From assembly GCF_006345805.1 (NCBI RefSeq), contig NC_042997.1, forward strand, positions 46,314,001 to 46,378,000: DNA of 64,000 nucleotides, in the 5' to 3' direction. Shown piece after piece: positions 25,634-39,999 of this stretch. The translations under genes and the position numbers were made by a program. A model generated the notes under the pieces. The model searched no databases. It was not told where the DNA came from and saw only the letters and a list, made by a program, of their open reading frames with translations. Positions within the stretch are counted from its first letter, which is position 1; each line of letters opens with the position of its first letter. Origin of the DNA: Octopus sinensis. Lineage: Eukaryota.

Positions 25634-28600
25634 AATAAAGAAAGAAAGAAAGCAATAAGACGTTAAACAATGTTACGTCGCATTGTTAAACATGCAGTGC
25701 ATTAAAATTAAATATTTATTTGAAAAAATTTGAAAATCACATTTTGGTGAAAATATAAATTGGAACTTTTAAGAATTTTCTAGACGAAAGGGGCTTTAAT
25801 AACTTTTCTTTTTGGAAAAGTTACGCAATTCCAACTAATTAATACGCAACTTTTTAAAGTCTAGATTGTATATAGCTAGATAGATATACTACATTTTCAT
25901 CTTAGCCGAAGTGTTAGGTAGCGAGAGGTGGTAATAGCTGTTTGACAGATAGAATACTATGTAGGTAGACAGAATAGAATCTCCAATGTATCTGGGAGGA
26001 GGTTTGTGTATGTGTGCGTGTGTGTATGTGTGTGTGTTTCACTGGATCGCTTCTGTCCTTTCTATTCTCCTTTTATTTCTCTCATGTTTCTCCCTGGACT
26101 TTCTTCTAGTATCTGACGAAAGAATATGTCCAAAACGTTATACTATTTCTCGATAACTTTTCCCCTTCTTTGAGAATCAACCCAATAATATTATTTTGCT
26201 TTCGTTTTCTAAATTTGATTTGTTCTATATATGTGCGTGTGTTTGCGCACGCATATTTCTCTGTATTTGAATGGGCATGCGTGTGAGATACATAGACAAT
26301 TCTACTGGTTATCATTATAATTGATTAGGACAGCGGATTAGTAGGATCTTTTGAACTTAGGACAAAATGTATTACACCAATTCTTCAACTTCATTACATA
26401 CTGAATTCAAACCCGTCGAGGTTAGCTTCGCTTTTCAACCTTTTCGGCTTGATAAAATAAAGTAGCTGTCAAGTAGTGGTGTCGATGTAAAAGCTGAAAC
26501 ACTCGCCCAGAATTTCTGGCATTGTGTGTTTGCTAAAAGCAGTTATTTAATAGATTAACTGGTTAGGATATATCGAGTAAATGATCTTTCCTTGAATATA
26601 TAAAGAGATACACGCAAATACACACCGCACTCTGTATTTTGTCCGTCCCTCTGTTGTTCTCTTTGTCCTTAAGTCTCTCCGTCTCTCTCTCCCTCTCTCC
26701 ATCTCTTTCCATACGATTACAGATATATATATATATGTCATATGTGTGTGTGTGTTTATACATATGCGCACAAGGAAATTGATATACGTCAAAAGGTTAC
26801 CAAATTGTAGGTTTTCTTTCTTGAACTGAGAAGTTCAACATATTAAAGTAACCAACGACATCTCTAAATCGTTAGCGTATAGTAAGTGAGAGGGTGAGAG
26901 GGTGAGAGAGAGAGCGAGAGAAAGTGAGAGAGAGTGAGAAGGAGGAGACGAACAGATTAACAGAAGGCAGACTAAAATACAGAATGAGGTGTGTGTTTGC
27001 GTGTATCTCTTCACATATTCATGCAAATTTATATAATCTAATTTTCTGTTTTCGGTGCTTAGAGGCGTTTTAAAGGCCAAGGCTTGTTGTCTCAAATTCA
27101 TAGCCTTCAAATTTTATGACTATCGTTTGATGCTCATCTCTTGGTAACTATAGACATCAATTGTGTAGTATACCCTATACATTGCTGCCCAGCTAGATGA
27201 TAGCTTTCAGAACAACATATCTGACCTCGTGGGTGGCATTGACCTACATAGGAAATCAGTCTAGTTGCAAAGACTGCTCTGTACAGAAGTATTGTCCAAC
27301 TCAATTTTGTACACATTAATTATTTCAATCCGAGTAGCGAAGTCATGAACTAAATCACAATTTACTCCCAACCGCACACGTACAAAACACGTAAAAATGT
27401 AATATGGTACGCCATAGGTGTTCAACAACGGATGGAATCAAAGGAGCACCTTCGTAACATACAACTTGTTATGGGAATTTTTAAACCTGGCAGAAGCTGT
27501 CCATCTACAGAACTATTTACTGCCAGAAAGAATGAGGCACTCGCGGTCGGAGACGAAGGGTGATGAAAAAATATCGATCTCAGCGCAAAATTCGTAATTA
27601 GTGACCTAAATAAAATGTTGACTACTAACGTTGACAACACTGGAATACGAAATCAGAGCGCACGAAACCACAATAAGCACTTGGCCAATTCGTTTCTATA
27701 TACGCCATGTTTGAGTGTTTATTTGTATATGTATATTTATGTTTGTATATATATATATATATCTATAATAAAGTGAGGTTAACAGTGACTTTTGAGATTT
27801 GCTTATCACGATCATTGTTCAAACAGTTTAAATAAGCCCCGAGACAGGCAAAACTTGAAGTCACAGGGAACTTTTTTTTTATTATACATTTCAATCTAAA
27901 TTCAGTATTGAATCCTTTCATGTTTAATATTATTCAACACTTAAAAACCCTAACATTAATATATGCGTGTGTATGTATGTGCGTATGTGTTATAAACACA
28001 CACACAGCTGCACAGATATATACATGCATACTAAAACGACATGTACACATCTCCACACACACACACACGCACATATGTGTCGTTGTATGTGTAAATGTGT
28101 GTGCTTTTCTATTTATGTGTATCTGAGGTACATCATTCCAAACTACATACATGCATACATATAGCTGCACTATAATATCGACATCAAAGAACCAGACATT
28201 GCGTAATTTAAATAGCATTACTTATGTATGAAATTTACTTTCGGAATATTTCAGAACGAAATATGAAGCAATCTATTTAGAGACTTTAGATGTAACTCCG
28301 CCTACTTTAGATGTTTACAACCATAAAACGAGTAGACAAGGAGGCCTCTACATGATCACTCGACCTGCAAGATATAGCAGATAAACTATGCTCGTAACGC
28401 AACTTGTAGTCTTGCAAATAGGAAGAACCCTTTGTATAAGGAATTTTCAGGTGCGAAATGTCGAAGTGTGGAATATGCATTGACGTAGACTCACTCGATC
28501 AGGGATTTATTATTGCAGTTCAATCGCAGCAACAACAGCAATAGTAGGACCTACAACAACAGCCCCAGGAACTGCAATGATAACGAGAGCAGCCGTCTCC

Positions 28601-29771
28601 TTTTTACTTCCGGATAAAACTGCTTTGAAAAAAATTAGACGAGTTTTCTCTTTGGCAGTATCAACACACACACACACATCAATTACTTTATATTTTCCAT
28701 GTATCCTTGACATTCAGTGGAAATTGCTGTTGTTATTATTGTTACAATGTTCTCGTTTTGAGGTTGCTGACTCTCAGTTTACCTTTGATTCACAGATTAG
28801 AAAAAAAAAGAAAGAAAACAACTAAAAAGTTGTTTTCTTTTTTTTTTTCTTCTAATCTGTGAATCAAAGGTGAACTGCATTCTGCGATTACGACATCATT
28901 GTCGTAATATTCGATTCGTATTTTGTGATGTTTAAGAATGATTTGATAAAATTTGGCTATTGTTTGACACAGATCGAACAATTTCGTACAGACATCCTTG
29001 ATCATCTGTCTTTCAGCATGTTGTTATTATCATAGCTATTGTTGTTAAAGTCAATTCAACTTGGCCATATTCCGGTAGAATCAGCTTGATAAAGGGTGTG
29101 ACAATTACACAGGCATTAAAAACAAATATATACTTTAAGAGCCCGGTTGTTGTCAATACAAAGATCTGTAATAGAGATTAGTGATGGAGTGATTAGTGAT
29201 ATATGTATGCTAGAAGTCATTGTCTGTGTTTCTTCCGGTGTAACTTCCGGCATATCATACGCACTGATGAAGACATGAAAAGCTGATACAGCTGAGCGCT
29301 ATTACACTACGGAATCTTCTGCTGTACTCTATGTATGCTTCCGCTATCTCATTCTATATATCAAGCGTGGTGAGGTTTCTCTTACTTCTTTATGTATTCC
29401 AATCTCTCTCTCTCTCTCTCTCTCGCTCTCTCTCCCACCAGCCCTCTTTCCCCTCTCTCACTACTCACTCTCACACAGCAAAAGTGTTCTACACGTGTAA
29501 TACAGATATGAAACATCCCAGCTAACCACCGTGTTCATATATTCATGTAGACATATATATTGTTTAATTGCAGTCTGTGAAAGATGTAGAAAATTTCACA
29601 AGTTTCTGTTTAGCTCGAATCGCTGTTTCATACACAACGTCAGTTTTTATTCATTTTTGTCTATGTCTGTATTTAACCTTCAATGAATGAATGAAAGACT
29701 CAATCAATCAATTAATCATTTCGTCTATCTATTTATCAATCTATCTGTCTGTCTGTGTCTGATTGTTTTTT

Positions 29772-29905
29772 ACGTGTTTCAGTCATTGGATTGCGGTCAT
29801 GTTGGGGCAACGCCTTGAAGGGTTTTAGTCAAACCAATCGATAGCAGGATCACTTTTGCCTAAAAACTCATTTAAGTGGCCGTAAAGAAAATCGGTTGTG
29901 AAGTG
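29772..29905 (-). mobile_element. Degenerate 3' part of the SINE family seen at 44715 and 46225
   Basis: TGTTTCAGTCATTGGATTGCGGTCATGTTGGGGCAACGCC is the diverged reverse complement of the SINE tail. Confidence 0.55.
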
Positions 29906-30149
29906 TTGGTTAGGGACAAACATCCATACATTACTTATAAATAAACGCATTCTCACACACACACACGCGCGCGCGCGCGCGCACACACACACACACACAC
30001 ACGCACACGCGCACTCATGCACACACATCTGGTTATGCCACAAGTACTATCCGGAGTTTAAATAAGGAAACCAAATAACCAAGTCTTACATTTTAATGAA
30101 CCTTAATCGTCAGTATAGTTGCAGTGATTATCTATGATATCTTTCCTTC

Positions 30150-30720
30150 TACTCGTAAGTTTTTAATCCTATATTAGTGAAAAGCCCTTTCGGTTTTTAG
30201 TGACATACCATTTTGATAAAAGACACCTTTTCAAGCACTGGTCAAACGTCTGTTCAAAAAGAGCGAGTTAAATTCACCGGAACGAAGAGAAGAGCAATTA
30301 CCCATGGAGTTGGCTTCAGACAAATCATGGGGCACCAATTTTCCGAGTTTTGGTACTTTTCTAAGCTAATAAAGATGGCAGGGAAAAGTTATGTGGTTCA
30401 CCAATTCTTCAACCGAAACTACATGACTCTTTTCAAGTTCTGCCAAAAGGAGCTTGCCATTAAACTTAATTGGACCTCTTGTTCGGGTCTCATCTTCAAA
30501 GATGGAATCTCCGCGTCTGAATTTTACAAACCATCGTCTGTAAGCTCTTTCATTCAGACACTCTTCTTCATAAGCTGAGTGAATATTTCGAGCCGTTTCA
30601 GCTGAAGAGTGCCCTTTTTTAAACTCATAGAATATTGTGTGTTTCAAATGATCCTTAGACACTTCCATATTTGGAGAATTATAATAAATGAATTTTCTGT
30701 TAGATTATCCTGAAAATAAA
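30150..30720 (-). pseudogene. Mariner transposase relic (N-terminal HTH half)
   Basis: MEVSKDHLKHTIFYEFKKGHSSAETARNIHSAY...RRWFVKFRRGDSIFEDETR. Confidence 0.85.
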
Positions 30721-30813
30721 ATTTAATTAGTTCATATAAGTCCAAATACATATAAATATTGCTTGATGTTAAAGCGCTTACAAACTAAAAATATAGAAGT
30801 CCAGACATTATTA

Positions 30814-30853
<40 letters not shown>

Positions 30854-30857
30854 AATG

Positions 30858-30911
<54 letters not shown>

Positions 30912-30917
30912 CATATA

Positions 30918-30961
<44 letters not shown>

Positions 30962-30989
30962 AATGTATATATATATATATATATATATA

Positions 30990-31117
30990 GTCTACTAAAT
31001 CCACTCGCAATGGTTTGGTCGATTCGAGCAATAGAAGACATTTGCCCCAGGTGCCACGCTGTGGGCTTGAACCCAGAACCATGTGGTTGGGAAGTAAACT
31101 TCTTACTACTCAGACAC
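30990..31117 (-). mobile_element. 5' part of tRNA-derived SINE
   Basis: Reverse-complement match to the head of 44715 / 46225. Confidence 0.7.
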
Positions 31118-31146
31118 GTCTGCACCTATCTATCTATCTATCTATC

Positions 31147-31210
<64 letters not shown>

Positions 31211-31284
31211 CCGACGGTATGTCAAAGGTTATATGAACTCTCATTTCTGTAATTTATTAAAACAAAATCAGGGATCGAACGATT

Positions 31285-31690
31285 TTATCTCTGTTTGACA
31301 TAGTCTCTTTGCTTTTCGATGCAATTCTTCCAGCGCTGCACAAAATTGCTCCTTCCATCAGAAAGGAGCTTTCACGGCTGGTTGCGCTGCCATTTATGCA
31401 CCGATTCTTGTGCTTCTTCATCCGTAGCAAATCGATGACCTGGTAAATGATGTTTCAGGTGTCCAAACAGGTGGTAGTCAGAAGAGGAGGGATCTTGACG
31501 GTATACAGGTTGTTTTAGCAACACAAAACACAATTTTTCGATAATTTCAAGCTTGTGCACAGATGTATGTGGACGTGCAGTGTCGTGCAAGAATAACATT
31601 TGACAATAGACCTCAGCATTTTGCACGAATTGTTGGTTGCAGTTTGCTGGCCAGTATTTCTGAATAGACAACAATGGTAACTGTCGAATA
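31285..31690 (-). pseudogene. Mariner transposase relic (C-terminus)
   Basis: LFLHDTARPH...PVYRQDPSSSDYHLFGHLKHHLPGHRFATDEE. Confidence 0.85.
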
Positions 31691-32347
31691 CTTTTCTAGG
31701 CAGTGGCTCAGTATATACCCTTTCGTGGCCAAAAACCGGTTAGCACCTCTGTCGGAGAGATTATACAAATGACCAGGGAAAAAGAAATTTTGTATTGAAC
31801 TTCATAATCATATAGCTCTTTCTGCTATAGAATGCAATACACTCATATTCGAGTACTTGAACTTGAAAGGTAAAATCATCTTCGAACTTGAAAGGTAAAA
31901 GTCACTTCCAGAGATATGTAGATTTAATTAATTTTTTTATATATGTGGATTCAGAAGGGCAAATGATGAACCGACTACAAATAACTATTCATACGCATGC
32001 AAAAAAGATTGTACATATGAGTGACCATAAGGAATCAAGACCAAAATACGGAAACAGAAACGAAAAGCGACAGAGATCAATATATATATATACATAATAC
32101 ATACATACATATATATACATACATACATACATACATACATACATGCATACATACATACATACATACATACATACATACATACATACATACATACATACAT
32201 GCATACATACATACATACATACATACATGCATACATACATACATACATAGTTAATCCAAACAAGAAAGCACAAAAAAACACAACAACGCGAGGGCGTGGA
32301 ACAAATATAGTATTATTGGACGCTCAGGAAAGAAGGAAAGAAGGAGG

Positions 32348-32382
32348 GTTTAACGTTTCGAGCAGAGCTCTTCCTTAGAAAC
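32348..32382 (-). ncRNA. Decayed minimal hammerhead motif
   Basis: Minus strand: GTTT-CTAAGGA-A-GAGC-tct-GCTC-GAAA-CG-T-T-AAAC. Core has G5A. Confidence 0.4.
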
Positions 32383-32912
32383 ATAAGAGAAGGAAAGATC
32401 CAGAGAAGTGTGTGTGTATGTATGTATATGTTTGACTGAAGCCAGAATGGATGTGGTTGGGAAGGAAGCTTTTCACCACGCAGCCACGAAAAGCCAGTCC
32501 TGTATGTGAACGCACACGCACACGCACATACATTAACCAAAAGCCAAATTCTTGTATATATCTAGCAATATATAAATATATATAGATATGTGTGTGCGTT
32601 TGTGTGTGTGTGTGTGTGTGTGCCTGCGCGCGCGTGTGTGTATGAGACACCCCAGCAGCCATGAAACATCTACCAGCATGTAAATTTTTGTACACGAACT
32701 TTCAAAATTGATATCGTGAAAGATTAGTTTATTTCAATTTATTTTCCCTTTTCTTACAGCAAAACTAAATTGACTTAAACAAAATTGAAACCGCTAGCAC
32801 ATTTTGATGAAATATATATTTTCCTTAGTTTATGTATGATTAAGTTTTCAAAATATTTTCTGGTTTTTTACATATATATATATATATATATACATACATA
32901 CATACACACACA

Positions 32913-33019
<107 letters not shown>

Positions 33020-33130
33020 ATATGTATAGATCCATTTTCACACACACACACCCACACACACACATACACGTGGATTGTTGGCGATATTTTTCCTTCTTCA
33101 TTTCCCCTTTTGGACTTTCCTATGTCTCTC

Positions 33131-33165
33131 GTTTCCGAAGAAGAGCAATGCTCGAAACGTAAAAC
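33131..33165 (+). ncRNA. Variant minimal hammerhead motif (U4C)
   Basis: GTTT-CCGAAGA-A-GAGC-aat-GCTC-GAAA-CG-T-A-AAAC. Stems I and II perfect. Confidence 0.55.
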
Positions 33166-33256
33166 AATTACTCTTTCCTTCTCTGAGTGTCTCATAAATA
33201 TTTTGCATGTACTACGTCCTCACGTTTTTTCTTTGTCTTTTTTCACCGTTTTTTTT

Positions 33257-33990
33257 TATTAGGTCGTCAAGATTAAAATTTGTAGAAAAGAAAAAATGTT
33301 TGCAGATGTTTTATAAATACAAGGAATAGTTTTATTCATCAAAGTATGCACCCATATTGTCAATACACCCTTGCCATTTCAGCGGCAGCTTGTCCAGCAC
33401 GGAACTGTAAAAGCCTGATAATCTAGAGTCAATAAAATCTCGGAAGGCCTGTTTTACAGTATCGTCGGGATAAATTTTTTTCCTCTCAAAGAGTTATCCA
33501 AATTCTGGAAGAAATTGTAGACAGTGGGGACAAGATCAGGTGAGTAAGGTGGATGATGAATAACTTCCAACTCCAACTACTGTAATTTCACCAATGTCAT
33601 TTTTGCGAATGTGTAGTTAGGCGTTGTCTTGAAATAAAATAGGAGTGGATCTGTTGACTAATCTAGGCTGTTTTTTGTAAGTTTCTGCATCATTTGGTCC
33701 AGTTGGGTGCAGTATACTTCGGCTGTGATTGATGACCCAGGTTTAATGAAATCATAATGGATCACACCTCCGCCAGACTACCAAGCACACACCATCAGTG
33801 TCTTTTGATGAATTTTGCTTTTTGGGTTGTGTTTTGGTGGTTCGTCTTTGTCCAACCTTTGTACTGAACGTTTACAGTTGTTGTATTGGATCCATTTCTC
33901 ATCACATGTTACAATTTGTTGTTGCTCCTGATTTTCATTAAGTTCATGTGGAACTTACTTATCCAAATCTTTCACTTTACCGATTTGAAC
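33257..33990 (-). pseudogene. Mariner relic (3' half with TIR)
   Basis: IGKVKDLDK*VPHELNEN, QIVTCDEKWI and HHPPYSPDLVPT on the minus strand; TATTAGGTCG mariner-like terminus at 33257. Confidence 0.85.
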
Positions 33991-35080
33991 TAACAAACAA
34001 TATTGAACTAGGTCAATATTGTTTGCTTGCTAACACCAAAAAACAACAATAATAGGCGGGGACTTTGAGATGGATGCAATTCGTCAGTGGCTTTCAGTTC
34101 GTCATTATCCACCTTGGTTTCTGGTCGACCGCGTTGCTCATTTGTGAGGTCAAATCTACCAGAACGAAGTTTTGCAAACCAATTTCATACTACCTGCTGT
34201 GTAATAACAGAATGAAATACTCCATTAATATTCCATGTTGTCTGTAATGCTGTATTTCCAAGAAAGAACTCATAATTCAAAATTATACGAATTTCCGACT
34301 TATCCATCTGTAAACAAAAAATAGCAAAAAACGACTTATAAACACTTTATGAAGCGTCAAATGAGATAGAATAATGAAAGAGAAGTGTCAGCCTTCTAAC
34401 AAAAAATAAAGATTGTCAAAATATAACAATGCCGCAAAATGAGCAGCTGTCAAAATTTACCTTATACCTTACTACAGATTTTATATTTGACGACCTAATA
34501 ATAAATTATATATGTAAAAGAATAAAAAATATATATATATATCTTTTATTTTTGCAGTACATGTTTCAGGCGCGCAGCAGCGGTCATGTCGTAGCATCAT
34601 CATGACTTGGTAGTTTTTCCACGGCCCCCTTATCTGTTTGATTTCTTTTGGGTTTTGGGTTTACACATCCCCACTCGTGTACGTCCTGTCTTCCTTGTAG
34701 TCTCGTTTGCAAGCACCGCCCTCGTCTATACTTCAAGCAGGAACGTCGGTTCATCTGGGATCAGGGATAAACGAATGTCGATTTCCCTTTTGAAGACGTC
34801 CCTGTCTACATTATGTAGGCTTCTTAAATTTTTCCGCCTTTTGGCAGAGCATGGTATAGCTGTGAGCATATATATGTATACACACACGTGCTCACACACT
34901 TACACACATACACAGACGTACACAAACACAAAAAATTATATATATTTATATATGAAGATTAACCAAAATAAGAGAAGAGAGAGAAGAAATGTTTTGTCTC
35001 TTTGTTGACAGCTGTTCCATAATCTGTATCCAGGTGAAAACAATGTGCACCGTACTGGGTTCTTTGCTACCTCTTCTAAT

Positions 35081-35173
<93 letters not shown>

Positions 35174-35396
35174 AAAAAACAAGTCAAAATAGAAAATGCT
35201 AAAATAATTTTATAAAGAACATTTCAGTACCGGTTCCGGTCATTTTGAGACCTTATCAACTGTAACGATTAAATAATTAAATTTAGAAGAATTAAAAGAA
35301 AGGTTTTTTTAAAGGAATATTTGTATAGTGTTCAAATATAAGTGGCATTCTGCCTTTCTCTGTCTCCCTTGTTTGCACTTGTGTGTTCGAGGCCGT

Positions 35397-35438
<42 letters not shown>

Positions 35439-35468
35439 TATGTATATATATGTATATGTATATATATG

Positions 35469-35501
<33 letters not shown>

Positions 35502-35846
35502 ATATTATTCTTAAACAAGAATTGTTTGGGGTTTTGTGTTCGAAGTATTAGCCTACTAAGCCATCGTCGGACTGCGATGCATAGCAGTTAAGCTTGACTT
35601 TGTATTGTGTTCGTTGCAATAAAATCTTCCTTGCGTATGTGGATTTGAGTGTAGTGGTAATTAGGTTTGAGGTGGGTTGTATTGGAGAAGTGATTTTGAG
35701 AAATTTTATTGTTTAAATTTAGAGTTGTATAACTTTTAGAATTAATTTATGTATGTAGAACTTTGTAAGCAGTTTCAATATTTATTCATCCCCAGCGCCA
35801 ATTTTGACAATAACTAGCGTAATAGCATATACATATGCATACATAC

Positions 35847-35887
<41 letters not shown>

Positions 35888-35958
35888 AAAAGGGCTTAGT
35901 AAAATAAATTACTTTGCCGCATACTGAACTCATTAGATTGTTGAAATTATATATATAT

Positions 35959-36025
<67 letters not shown>

Positions 36026-36299
36026 TGAAGGTACGCAGTCCAAGGATTTCTCTTTTCTAATGCGTCAGGTGTGTCTGAAACGCCGATCTCATAACATCAT
36101 GTGATCTGCCTTGACCAATGGCAGTCAATTTTCCAGTGGGAATTTTGAACTTCCAGGAATTATCTTGGACTTCCTGTACTTCTCCATTCGGTAATCTGTG
36201 CCTGAATGAGTTTAGGTTTCTGTAAGAAGCCTGCGAGACTTAAGTCACGTGGAGCTGAATCACAGTTTCAAATAAGAATAATGTATCTATCTATCCATA

Positions 36300-36430
<131 letters not shown>

Positions 36431-36449
36431 ATATCTATCTATCTATCTA

Positions 36450-36486
<37 letters not shown>

Positions 36487-38038
36487 GACTGTCTGTCTGT
36501 CTGTATACATATATATATATGTGTGTGTGTGTGTGTGCGTATATATGTGTGTGTGTGTTCTATTATGTACATCCTGCCAAGTTAGCGTGAACATTGTGTA
36601 ACAAGCATAATTTTATTTAATACGGTTTATTCGAATTATTTACGTAATACATATTTCAAATTGAAAAACTTCACAAAGCGTGATTCTAAGTCTTTATTGG
36701 TCTTCGAGTAATTATGATTGCAATCATATGGAATTCGGAAAGAAGAAATTCTCAGAGTCTTTCCCTATATACAAACCTATGTATACATACATATGCTCTA
36801 CGCTATTCAGAAGATAGCTATAGGTTTTAGTCAAAGCTGCGTATCACACCTATTTATACACAATATGGTTGGAAACAGAACAGAAGTTGATGGAACAGCT
36901 AGACTGGTTTTAAATCCCTATTGGGAATTCATTAACGATGAGTATCTTCTTTGCCCTCTGAGGTTCTGTTAATTCATGCAGTATTACTAAGAGCTAAAAT
37001 AAATCAGAGAGATTTGCATTTCCAATTTGTTCTTTCCAGCTAATTTCATTACTAAATTACAGGTGCATTTAAATTGGGTTTTGTCTTAATCTTATAATGT
37101 GATACAGAATGCATCTATTTATATTAGGCAATACAGTTTGTAATAGATATGCACAAATATATCTTTATATAAGAACTAATTTGTGAACCGAAAAAGAGCG
37201 TATAGTCAGAATAGTTTTAATCCTGTACTAAGATTGTCAGAGACCGATAACCCTCGGTAAATGCTCGTGGAAACGCAGTTTATCTATTCTCGGCTACTAG
37301 TGGTTTAACTAAATCTGTTATACCGGTTAGAATATCTGTTGACGACGACATTGCTTATAAAAACATCTTGTTAATACTGTTTGCTGAATATTGTGTTGGC
37401 AACAACCTTTAGATATATTCTGTATTATGGAAAAACATTATAACACAACACTATTAATTCACTATGTGTGTGTATGTGTGTGTGTGTGAATGTTAGTGTT
37501 TGGGTGTGTATGTGAGATATGTTGTGTACGTATTTATATATCTATATTTATATCTATATGTATGCACACATGCATGTACGCACATACACACGTTCATACA
37601 TAAATACACATATAAGTAGGTAGAAAGCAGACTTCTTAACTTCATAAATATTCTTTGTTTTATCCGATTTAACGAAGATGTTCTTTGTTATAACATTGAT
37701 TTTTCTGTGTAGGTCATCTTAGAATTTGTTAATGTATTTTTTGAATTTAAGGTTATCATGTTAAGAGCTGGATGAGAACACGGGTAGGAGGAGATTTTTC
37801 TTGTTTTCAGTCCATAATTATTTTATCTGATTTGTCAGTTGAGTTTTTCTCGAATAAATAGATTTTTCATTTTATTCCTTCCACGAAACTTACTGTTTTC
37901 TGTAATAAAAATTTAAGACAGTCTCCTTGTTTGTATAGGTAGACATTTAATCGAGAATGAAGTTTCCAAGATTTGCATCTTTATTGGTATTACAACATGT
38001 TTGTTGGAACTTTCGTTTCTGAAAAGAGCGAAAGTCAA

Positions 38039-39825
38039 TGTTTTATATACTTAAAATGTAGAATTGTTACAAAGCTCACTTTTGTATACAACTAGCAGTA
38101 TCGCCCGGCGTTACTCGGGTTTGTAAGGGAAATAACTATATAAACATTTTTAGAGAGTTATAGCCGAAAAATAGCAAAAAAATGCATTAAAAATGGAAAA
38201 AAATGATGGTAAATTTTTTTTTAATCGTTGACTCATCCTAGACATTTTTAGAGAGTTACTTCCCTTATATAATAGCGAAGAAAATGCATTAAAATGGAAA
38301 AAAATGATGGTAATTTTCTTTTTTAAATCGTAGACTCATCGTAGACGCGCGCTAATACCCAGAAGGGCTCGATATGAATCACGACTATAAGATACCCGGT
38401 TTTGGTTAAACTGCACCGCAAATGTGGGAGTAGTTAGGAATCTAAATCGTAGGAGACAGACACACAACTTTACTTTTATATATAAAAATATACTTAGTAA
38501 AACCAGTAAAGACACAACTATCTCTCACCGCCTACTATGAACTATTCTTTTCTATTCTAGGCACAGGCCCCAGTTATGCACTATCGAAATTCACTACTTA
38601 AGTGACTAGGTAAATCCATTGGCCATGTGGGAGTGGTGTGCCAATATTACTAATTACCTAAAACATCTCCCGTTTTAAGTTTTCCTGAGAAAGTGTCATT
38701 TTATTTAGCAATAATTATTGTTTTATTTACCCCACCTCCGATTTTTCTTTTGTGAAGGCGCAATAGCCCAGTGGTTAGGGCAGCAGATTCGCCACGGAAA
38801 CCAGGAAACCGGGCCCATGAGCCTGGCCAGGCTTCAAAAGGGAAACGTTATGTATGTTACCTCCAATATTTTTAGTTTATTTTTTCTTTTCGTACAATAT
38901 AATTTTTTTTGCGCTTGGCATCTATTTTCAGGAATTCTGTGTGTTTTCTTTTCCTCTCACTTCTACGCCTGAGTTCAATGACCTGCAGTGGCGTTGGTAC
39001 TTGGAATGTATCCTACAACCATTCCATCGGATGAACAATAAGCATTTTTCACTGAAAATTTTACACAATATATTTATTGTGTCATTAAAGTCTACGTTCG
39101 AATGTTTTCTTGGGAGTACGTAATTACTGTATCGTTCATGTTCTGTCGCCGCCAGTTTTCTAAAGATTAAGCGCATTTTCATCTCGTCGACCCAATCTTT
39201 ACATCCTTTCTCGTGGATTTGCTCATATCTTCTGTAGATAATTCCTTCAAAGATAATTCCTTCGTCAGGTTCGTATTTGACCTCTGTTATGGAATTCGCG
39301 ACATAGTCTGGCGAGAACATTTTTTCTGACTTTCCCGATGACTTCAGCAATATCAGCATTTATTGCTGTAATATTATTTGTTGCTGTTGTTGCTTCTGTT
39401 GTTACTCTTGCAGTTACATCTGCTGCTGATGTTGTTCTTTCAGTCATTGTTTTTGTTGTTTTTGCAAATCGAGCAAACTGACCAACAAATGTTCCACAAC
39501 TTCACAATTTTTTTCGTAAAATTCGCACGGTAAAAAATTTGTAAGTGTGTCTTCGAGTTTCTATTAACATTAATTGGTTTATCTTTATCGAGTTTATTAA
39601 TTATTCGTGAGTTGTTTAAAGCCACGTCGCCACTGTTTATTCCTTTAAATGTTGGATTGTTATAACGCCCACTTCGTTATACAGTAAAACCAGTAAAGAC
39701 TCGACTGTCTCTAACCGCCTACTATGTACTCTGGTACTTCACGTACTTCTCTTTACTTATAGTGACTAAGTTATTCCGTTCGTCACGTGAGAGGAGTGTA
39801 CTGTTATTACTAATTCCCTACAACA
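38039..39825 (-). mobile_element. Internally deleted Gypsy-type LTR retrotransposon (gag remnant only)
   Basis: Diverged LTRs 39634-39825 and 38039-38665 (TG...CA). PBS TGGCGACG at 39625-39632, PPT AAAACGGGAGA at 38666-38676. Gag-like peptide FSPDYVANSITEVKYEPDEGIIFE..YRRYE...KMRLIFRKL...EHERYSNYVLP. No TSD recognised. Confidence 0.8.
38092..38488 (-). mobile_element. Non-autonomous Helitron-like element inserted in the 3' LTR
   Basis: Minus-strand end CCCGAGTAACGCCGGG hairpin...CTAG|T at 38092; 5' TATATAAAAG-type end near 38488. LTR homology resumes on both sides. Confidence 0.7.
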
Positions 39826-39999
39826 AAATGCTATTTTAAGATTATTATTTGCAGGCTAGTTTTAAAATACTAACAAACTTTTAATTATGGCGTAGTGCTT
39901 AGAGTCACAGTCAGCACGAAATTTACAATAAATTTCATTACTCTTAGTACTGAGTTCACCATTTGTAAAAGTTTTGCTGTTGTTGCTGCATCTGTATTC

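Noticed and set aside
28519-28617. Candidate terminal exon (FNRSNNSNSRTYNNSPRN...SG*) after TTATTATTGCAG
   Set aside because: Low-complexity CAA/CAG-rich sequence keeps frames open by chance; no homology recognised.
29260-29300. CTGATGA-agacat-GAAA followed by a hairpin
   Set aside because: Stem II cannot form, there is no UH triplet in register, and stem I is poor.
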